A stretch of 38,641 bases of DNA from a virus. Its lineage: Duplodnaviria; Caudoviricetes. The translations under genes and the position numbers were made by a program. Of the stretch, positions 32,436 to 38,641 are shown piece after piece; the first letter of the stretch is position 1; every line of letters starts with the position of its first letter. The stretch is taken from positions 1 to 38,641 of IMG/VR virus record IMGVR_UViG_3300046318_000254; one strand, 5' to 3'. A model generated the notes under the pieces. That model saw only the letters and a list, made by a program, of their open reading frames with translations, searched no databases and was not told the origin of the DNA.

Positions 32436-32893
32436 TACAGCGCCACTACGTTCGCAAAAGTGAACCCGTTGACCTTGGTGACGTACACAAGAAAACTGCT
32501 TCCAACCGTTGATGTAAGGGCGGACCCTGTCGTCTTGCTAAAGCCGGACAGCGTCATTGTGCCAGCGCCAGTTACGTTGGTGATCTGGAGGATCATGGTA
32601 TAGTCGCCAGAGGCCGTGGGGGCCGCAATGCTGAAGGTGCCCGCATTGGTAATATACCTCATGTTCCCGCCGATGGGGGTCAGAGTATATGTGCCAGAGG
32701 AGATGACCCCATCACTGGTTGCGGTTGTGGTCATGCTTCCGCCAGCAGCCATTGAGCTTGCCCCGCTGACAGCAATCGGGACGGTATAGGTGACCACGGT
32801 GTCGGAAATTGTCTGACGGTCCAATCCGTTTGTCGCCAGCCCAAAAGTGGAAGACCCTGAAATCCCAGTGGTGCCGTTTATCGTAATCGCCAT
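32435..32893 (-). CDS. Putative tail fibre protein
   Basis: MAITINGTTGI..., T/G-rich. Confidence 0.6.
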   Translation of the reverse strand: MAITINGTTGISGSSTFGLATNGLDRQTISDTVVTYTVPIAVSGASSMAAGGSMTTTATSDGVISSGTYTLTPIGGNMRYITNAGTFSIAAPTASGDYTMILQITNVTGAGTMTLSGFSKTTGSALTSTVGSSFLVYVTKVNGFTFANVVAL

Positions 32894-32895
32894 GT

Positions 32896-33240
32896 TCAGA
32901 CCTCCTCTGGGTAGCGGGCTTTGATTTCAGCGACCTTGGCCAGCCATTCGTCGATCGCGGCTTCCCCGCGCTGCGCCTTGAAGAACAGGGGGTCGGCTTC
33001 GTTGCGGTAGGCCAGACCTCGCAGGAAGAAAGTCTGTTCTTGGGTAGGCTTGACGGGCGGCACATAGACGTATGGCGCTGTGTTTGGGTCGGCGTTCATC
33101 GCTTCATATAGCGCGACCACATCGAACAATGCCCCAGTGTCAAATGGGTCACAGGTAAATGGTATCCACCCGTAGGTCGGGTGATCAATCTCGCAGTCGA
33201 TGCTGCCGTTTTCGTTACGTTTTGCGTTGCGGTATTCCAT
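32896..33240 (-). CDS. Tail fibre assembly chaperone-like protein
   Basis: IDCEIDHPTYGWIPFT...AYRNEADPLFF...EIKARYP; start overlaps upstream stop. Confidence 0.65.
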   Translation of the reverse strand: MEYRNAKRNENGSIDCEIDHPTYGWIPFTCDPFDTGALFDVVALYEAMNADPNTAPYVYVPPVKPTQEQTFFLRGLAYRNEADPLFFKAQRGEAAIDEWLAKVAEIKARYPEEV

Positions 33241-33689
33241 CACGAAATCCTTAGCCAAAGGGTAATGGTATATTGGCCACTGCCAGCGAAAACTCGGTTC
33301 CCCATGCAACGCCACGTTCCAGATTGCGCTGGTCCATACGACTGCGATGATGCGTTGCCGGATGTTGCGTCATATGTAAACGATCCGCCCGGCAAAAGCA
33401 GGCTTCCAGCAATGGTAGCCCCAGTGGTATAGTTTGTCGTATTGTTGGGGTATCCAAATATGTAAGTCCCAACATCGCCAGCGGCCAAACCAGCCGTTGC
33501 AGCACCCACCACCGTGGCCGTGGTCAGCGCCGTAATTGCCTGTGAAGTCCGCAGCGGGGTCATCATGGTCGTGTTGTCAGCGCCAGCCTCTGCCTGCGCC
33601 TGTGACGAAAATGCGGGGGTGATCCCGTTGACCGTGGCCGTGTTGCCACCAGCGGCGTCTAGGATCGCGTTTGCTTTTATCGTGGACAT
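33240..33689 (-). CDS. Short tail fibre protein
   Basis: SQAQAEAGADNTTMMTPLR, GDVGTY, GTWRCMG, LWLRIS. Confidence 0.7.
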   Translation of the reverse strand: MSTIKANAILDAAGGNTATVNGITPAFSSQAQAEAGADNTTMMTPLRTSQAITALTTATVVGAATAGLAAGDVGTYIFGYPNNTTNYTTGATIAGSLLLPGGSFTYDATSGNASSQSYGPAQSGTWRCMGNRVFAGSGQYTITLWLRIS

Positions 33690-33703
33690 GGATCAGGCCC
33701 CTT

Positions 33704-34246
33704 TCAGCGGAACACGGCAATAGAAACAATAGCACAATCTGCAACGATATTTGTGCTTGTTCCATTTGCCGATGTGTAAATTGAGAACGATCCGGCAGAT
33801 AGGTTGTTTACGCCAGCTTGGTACTGGATCATGGCACCAGTTGTGCTTGTCACGGCATTTGCCACCACTACATAGTTCGCATCAGGCATCGCTGTGGTAA
33901 AGGTGACGGTGTACGTTCCGGCAGAAGAGCGTGACACAGACGCCACGTTCCCAGAAGCCCTAATTGTAGCCCCGCTCACTCCATTAAAGTTCACCCAAGC
34001 ACGGCAAGCATAGATGGGTGCGGACCCAGTAGCGTTCAGGGCTGTGGTGATCCGTTCAGCCGCTACATCGCCCGTAAGCTGTCCAGCGTCGATGCTCTTA
34101 TTCGTCAACGTCTGCGTGGCGCTGTCGCCCACCAGCGTTGCGGTGGCATCTGGCAGGGTGAGCGTCTGGTTTGTGCTGGTACCGGGCGCTGCGACCGTGA
34201 AGATCGCGGTGCCGGATGCGTTGGCGGATAGGGTGATCTGCGACAT
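33704..34246 (-). CDS. Short tail fibre protein
   Basis: ATG 34246; TLTLPDATATLV, TQTLTNK, CRAWVNFNG, GTYTVTFTTAMPDANY. Confidence 0.7.
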   Translation of the reverse strand: MSQITLSANASGTAIFTVAAPGTSTNQTLTLPDATATLVGDSATQTLTNKSIDAGQLTGDVAAERITTALNATGSAPIYACRAWVNFNGVSGATIRASGNVASVSRSSAGTYTVTFTTAMPDANYVVVANAVTSTTGAMIQYQAGVNNLSAGSFSIYTSANGTSTNIVADCAIVSIAVFR

Positions 34247-34806
34247 TAGATGATGCTCCAGACTGAACCAGTCGGTATGGTGACGGTGACGCCTGCGTTG
34301 ATCGTGATGGGTCCGGCGGTCATGGCGTTCTTGCCGGACGGGATGGAATAGGACGTGGTGACGTTCTGGCTGTTTTGGAAGAACACCTGATCGGCCCCAC
34401 CACCCGTAGCACCGCCGCCGCCCGTCAGGTAGATGTTGGTGCCATTGGAATAAGCCGTGACACCCGTGATGCTGGGCGGCACTAGGACCGTGGTGGCACC
34501 TGACACGTTGGTGAAGGTGATCGTGTAGGCCCCTGTGGCGGCGTTGGTCAAAATCCACTGGCCGCCGACACCATTGGGGATGCGGTAGGTCACGTTGGCC
34601 GTCAGCGTCCCCGTGAAGGCAATGATCAGGCTTTGGTATTGCGCTGCGCTTAGGTTGACGGGCGTGGCGGTGATGGCCGTCACGTCGATGGTGGTGGTGG
34701 AACCCAGCGCCGCGTCAATGACCTCAAAGTTGCTGTTCAGCGGCACGTTCCAGTTCAGGTCGCCGCTGGCTGGTTCCGCAAGAGACTTGTTCGTTGTGGT
34801 GACCAT
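34246..34806 (-). CDS. Tail fibre base/adaptor-like protein
   Basis: ATG 34806; WNVPLNSNFEVIDAA, GATGGGADQVF, AGPITINAGVTVTIPTGSVW. Confidence 0.7.
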   Translation of the reverse strand: MVTTTNKSLAEPASGDLNWNVPLNSNFEVIDAALGSTTTIDVTAITATPVNLSAAQYQSLIIAFTGTLTANVTYRIPNGVGGQWILTNAATGAYTITFTNVSGATTVLVPPSITGVTAYSNGTNIYLTGGGGATGGGADQVFFQNSQNVTTSYSIPSGKNAMTAGPITINAGVTVTIPTGSVWSII

Positions 34807-36740
34807 CAGATGCTCCTGTTCGCGACTTCGAGGGCGTGGGCTACGGCGTCGTCGCTCTGGTTCAGCAAAGGTTCCGTCTCCTTGCCCCACCCCTTCTTAG
34901 CACGTTCTGCGGCCCGCACCAACTGGTCTGCATCAGCTTCATGCGAAGACACGCGGCCACCGCGTTTACGGCCCATAGGGTAGTTCTGCTGATAATCCCC
35001 GGCGGCAGACGTGAAAGCGGGGGCCAGCAGCGGGGCATATGGTTTCCCCACATCCTTGGCAAGGTTTCTCATAACCGACTGCCCGACGTTGGTCATGGCA
35101 AGGGGGTGCAGGGCACGGCTGAAAGCGGAACCAGCTTTTAGGCCCGCTTGAATATTTGCCATCAGCGGGGAACCCATACTGAGCATCCCGTAGTTGCTTA
35201 GGGCATTGGTCAGCCTGTCAGCGTGACTGGAAACCCGGGCCGCCTGATCAGGGGAGTGCTGGAGCATATAGGACACGGCGTCGTCAATTACCGTCTTCAA
35301 TTCTCCGCTTGCGCCGGGCACTGTATGCGATGAGATGGCCAGATCAGCCGGAGAAAACGTCATACGCGACGGAACGCCTGAATTCTGGATTGCCCCATCT
35401 ATCAGCACAAAGTTGGCGTATTTGCCCCGCGCCGCTTTATATGCGTCAAAGGCATCAGAGAACCCGGCGTCCTTAAGCCTGTTTTCAATGACGTTATCGA
35501 AGAATTTCCCAAACTGGATCGCGGCGGCTTTGGCGGGCATGTTTACGCCCGGCTGAACCGACAGTTCCCAAGCGGCGCTTCGCATCTTGTTGATTTCTGC
35601 GGCGGTAAGCGGGGCGCTTGAATTTACATGGGCCGCCATGTACTTCAGGCTGTCTTTTACGCTTGGATCGCCAGCGTGGTCTATCGCGGACATAAGCCCC
35701 CGGTTATTGATGATGGTGTTCGCTTCCGATCCCTTGATGCTGTAAAGGGGCACCGTTGAAGCAATGGCTTCAATGTCCGCCCCTGCGGCGTTCTTTGCCG
35801 CTTGGTACTCTTGGACAGACGGAACGTCGTCAAACCCAGCTTTCTTATAGACAAAGCTTTTCAGTTTTTCCTGTTGCTGCTTGATTTTGTTTGAAAAACC
35901 AAAGGCAGAAGCTTCGCGTTGTAGCGTAGGAAGATCGTGCGTCATTTGACCAACGGTCAGGTCAATGTCTGCCGAGGTCTTCAGATTTTTTGCTGCGTCT
36001 TCAGCTTGACGGGTTACCTTGCTTCCCGGTGCGCCAAGCATAAACTTGGCACTGCCGGGTGAAGCGATTTCTGCCAGAAACTTAGCCCCGGTTCCATACA
36101 TCTCCGGGTTATCTAGGTCCATCTTCTCGGCCAACACCGTGGCACCCTTTTCGGCCCCAGTTCCCAGCACCCCCGGGATAGCTGCACCATACAGCAATGC
36201 CCTTGGAATTGCGCTTGCGCCACCTGTCAGGGCTATGCCTGCCGCTGTGGGGGCAAGGTTTCCAATTTCCTTAACCGCCGATCCAGCAAAGGTTTGCGGC
36301 GTGTATTCGGTATAGCCACCTGTCAGATCGGACAAGGCCTTGGTTACGTCACGAGCTTCAGGGCCATTTACCAAGACGTTTGCAACGGGAACGTAGCTTG
36401 CAGCGGTGTGAACGGCGTTACCGATGCTTTTGCGCCACGGTTCGGAAACGCCAGCTTTCTCCATCAGGTAGTTGCCAGCTTTGCCGCTAAGATCGCCAGC
36501 CATGCGCGGAAGGCCGATAAGGCCCGCAGTGCCCTCGGCAAGACCCGATGCGCCACCCCGCACCACGTCTTTGAGTACGGACGGGTCTGCGGCATAGTCA
36601 GCCCTAGACCTAGCCTCGCTTATTGCGTTTTCTTGAGAAACGCTTTGGTTAGAAGCTTCTTGCTGTGCCTGAACTTCTTGGGCTGCTGCCCGCGCACGGG
36701 CATCTTCAATCGCTTGAATTTGTTTTGCAGTAAGCGTCAT
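34806..36740 (-). CDS. Putative ejection (DNA injection) protein
   Basis: 644 aa, A/G-rich helical with glycine-zipper-like hydrophobic N-half; located before tail genes; C-terminal RKRGG plus helix. Confidence 0.6.
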   Translation of the reverse strand: MTLTAKQIQAIEDARARAAAQEVQAQQEASNQSVSQENAISEARSRADYAADPSVLKDVVRGGASGLAEGTAGLIGLPRMAGDLSGKAGNYLMEKAGVSEPWRKSIGNAVHTAASYVPVANVLVNGPEARDVTKALSDLTGGYTEYTPQTFAGSAVKEIGNLAPTAAGIALTGGASAIPRALLYGAAIPGVLGTGAEKGATVLAEKMDLDNPEMYGTGAKFLAEIASPGSAKFMLGAPGSKVTRQAEDAAKNLKTSADIDLTVGQMTHDLPTLQREASAFGFSNKIKQQQEKLKSFVYKKAGFDDVPSVQEYQAAKNAAGADIEAIASTVPLYSIKGSEANTIINNRGLMSAIDHAGDPSVKDSLKYMAAHVNSSAPLTAAEINKMRSAAWELSVQPGVNMPAKAAAIQFGKFFDNVIENRLKDAGFSDAFDAYKAARGKYANFVLIDGAIQNSGVPSRMTFSPADLAISSHTVPGASGELKTVIDDAVSYMLQHSPDQAARVSSHADRLTNALSNYGMLSMGSPLMANIQAGLKAGSAFSRALHPLAMTNVGQSVMRNLAKDVGKPYAPLLAPAFTSAAGDYQQNYPMGRKRGGRVSSHEADADQLVRAAERAKKGWGKETEPLLNQSDDAVAHALEVANRSI

Positions 36741-38641
36741 CAGTTTTGCGCTCCCGTTGCGTAGTCTTCTCTAAACTTTGGGTCCGTTTCCCAAAGACGC
36801 CTAAACTCTACTGGGTCTTGGCCGTCAGGAACTGGCGGCATAGGCGGCGCTGGCGGGTTAAGAATGGCTTCTTTGTAGATCGGGCGTTGCTCTTCCACAT
36901 ATTTGGAAAGCGGATTTGCAGCCTTAAAGTCGAGTTCAGCCTGATACAGATCGGCGTTCGGGTCTGTGCGCTTCAACTCTTTTGCGTAAGCATAGAAGGC
37001 TTTGTTGTATTCGTTGATGCCAGCCCGCACGGCAAGGATTTCCGCAATAGCGGGCTTTGTCATTGCGTCAGAGAATGTGGCGTTCGCCTGTTGTTGCAAG
37101 AAGCTTTGAGTTGCAACATCCCCGCCCATTGATTGCAGTTGGGTAAGAGCGTCTCCGGCCAAACCTTTGCGAAGTATCTCTTGGCTTGAAATTGATGTGT
37201 TGGCGGGATCAACAAGGCCAAGTTCATAGGCAACCTGCTTGAACGGCATCAAGGCCGAGGAGATTACACCAGTGTCACCCATGCCGACAACTGCATGGCT
37301 AAGTTCGCCAAGCTTTTGATCTTCGGCCTGCGTTCTGGATGCACCCGTAGAGATGTCTGCCAAGATTTGCTGAGTACGTTCAGCCGCAGTTGCCAATCGG
37401 CCAGCACCAAATGCTCCCGCTTCGACCGCCGGATCGGTGAACACGCCCCCACTGGTATCGGAAAGCTGACCAGAACCAGCTTTTGCGGCTTCAATGGCGG
37501 TGTCAATCGAAGAAACAAGACTGGGGTCCACCAGTCCAGTAAGGGACTGTGAATTGAGCCAGTTCTTGTAACCTTGCAGCCACGCCAAGCTTTGACCAGC
37601 GTAAACTTCACGCCCATCAAGCATGATCTTTTTCCGCATCCCTGTTCCCGCGAAATCAAACGGCGCACCAAACATCCCGTTTTGGGTAGGTGCTGGACCA
37701 GTATTGCCATTGAACGGGCTGTTCGCCCACCCCTGAGACTTTGCAAACTCCTCAATGGTGCCAGTGTAGCCATTAAGCTGCTGCGCCCGCAGGTAGGCTG
37801 TTTGCAGGGCGTTGGTGTTTTCGATGTTCGCTTTGGTAACTTCAGGCGTTTGCTTTTGAAGCTGCTTATAGGTTTCCATGCCGCCGCCAAGGCCGGACAG
37901 GATGCCACCAAGGGGCGAGATCGTCTGCGCTTCAGCGCCCTTGGCAAGGCCACCCAGCAACGACATCACGGCATTTGAGTTCAAGGAACCATCGCGGTTG
38001 TGGAAGAACTTGCCGATGAAGTTGCGGTCTTCGTAGGGCTTGACGCCCGCAGCAACGCCGTCTCCTATAGTGGAAACCTGCGTGTTGAGGTTAGCCCCAC
38101 CTGCCACACCATTGCCTGCCGAAGCGGCCCACGGGCTTTCGCCGTAGTTGTTGTACAGGTGTTGGGCGATCTGCTCTTGAAGTTCAGGCGTCATCACCTC
38201 GTTGCCCGTCAAGCCCATAGAACGCTTGGCGTCAGCAAGAGTTGTCCCGACAATTTGATATTCCCCCATCGGGGTGGCAACGCGACCAACTTGTTCTTTG
38301 CTATAGTTTGCATACGGGCCGCCCGGCTTGGCAAACTCAATTGCCTGATCAACGGTCATATCGGTGACGTTGACCCCAGCAAACGGGCCGCCTTCGCGGT
38401 TTGCAAAACCCAAAAGTGCGTTGGGGTCGCCACCGCTTTCGCGCTGAGACACTTGGGGCCGGAAGGTATCCCAGCCTGTCGGGGTTGGTTCCGGGCGGCG
38501 CGTCACCGGGGCAACAACGCCCGTAGCCGGGGGTGTGGCTGGGGCCGTAGCGGCAACAACGCCAGCGGGGGGTGCCGGAGCCGCAGGAGGTGTTGCGGGC
38601 GCAGGGGCGCGGGCAGGTGCTACATCTTCCCAGTCTTGGGT
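36740..38641 (-). CDS. Putative ejection protein with lysozyme/transglycosylase domain (5' end outside window)
   Basis: Frame stays open from 38506 to 38641 (TQDWEDVAPARAPAP...); QRESGGDPNA...MTVDQ...GEYQIVGTTL...TPELQEQIA resembles lambda-lysozyme-like muramidases. Confidence 0.7.
   Translation of the reverse strand, partial: TQDWEDVAPARAPAPATPPAAPAPPAGVVAATAPATPPATGVVAPVTRRPEPTPTGWDTFRPQVSQRESGGDPNALLGFANREGGPFAGVNVTDMTVDQAIEFAKPGGPYANYSKEQVGRVATPMGEYQIVGTTLADAKRSMGLTGNEVMTPELQEQIAQHLYNNYGESPWAASAGNGVAGGANLNTQVSTIGDGVAAGVKPYEDRNFIGKFFHNRDGSLNSNAVMSLLGGLAKGAEAQTISPLGGILSGLGGGMETYKQLQKQTPEVTKANIENTNALQTAYLRAQQLNGYTGTIEEFAKSQGWANSPFNGNTGPAPTQNGMFGAPFDFAGTGMRKKIMLDGREVYAGQSLAWLQGYKNWLNSQSLTGLVDPSLVSSIDTAIEAAKAGSGQLSDTSGGVFTDPAVEAGAFGAGRLATAAERTQQILADISTGASRTQAEDQKLGELSHAVVGMGDTGVISSALMPFKQVAYELGLVDPANTSISSQEILRKGLAGDALTQLQSMGGDVATQSFLQQQANATFSDAMTKPAIAEILAVRAGINEYNKAFYAYAKELKRTDPNADLYQAELDFKAANPLSKYVEEQRPIYKEAILNPPAPPMPPVPDGQDPVEFRRLWETDPKFREDYATGAQN

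Overview
The window is most of the genome of a GC-rich tailed phage with P22/podovirus-like organisation; an alphaproteobacterial host is plausible but only inferred. On the minus strand lie terS, a PPP phosphatase, terL, an accessory island (Acb2/Tad1-like gene, dCTP deaminase, HNH) and the portal, followed by three unusual genes (1-5243). The middle holds many small early genes with a repeated promoter/leader motif and an AT-rich putative origin. A replication/recombination block follows (prim-pol primase, Cro-like HTH, Sak4-like ATPase, SSB, Nmad5, YqaJ exonuclease, SF2 helicase, VRR-NUC). The right end carries tail-fibre minigenes and two ejection-type proteins. No major capsid, integrase, DNA/RNA polymerase, tRNA or CRISPR was recognised; both terminal genes run off the window. 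The most interesting region is the post-portal cassette. It encodes effector-like domains (two ART-PolyVal ADP-ribosyltransferases, an HDxxGH domain, an HhH-glycosylase-like domain) bounded by a recurring x-[KA]-x-G-G motif. Its proteins share a terminal amphipathic helix, and two small out-of-frame genes with their own RBS are nested in linkers. This looks like a virion-packaged, possibly proteolytically processed effector/immunity system. All family calls come from motif recognition by eye, with no database search.
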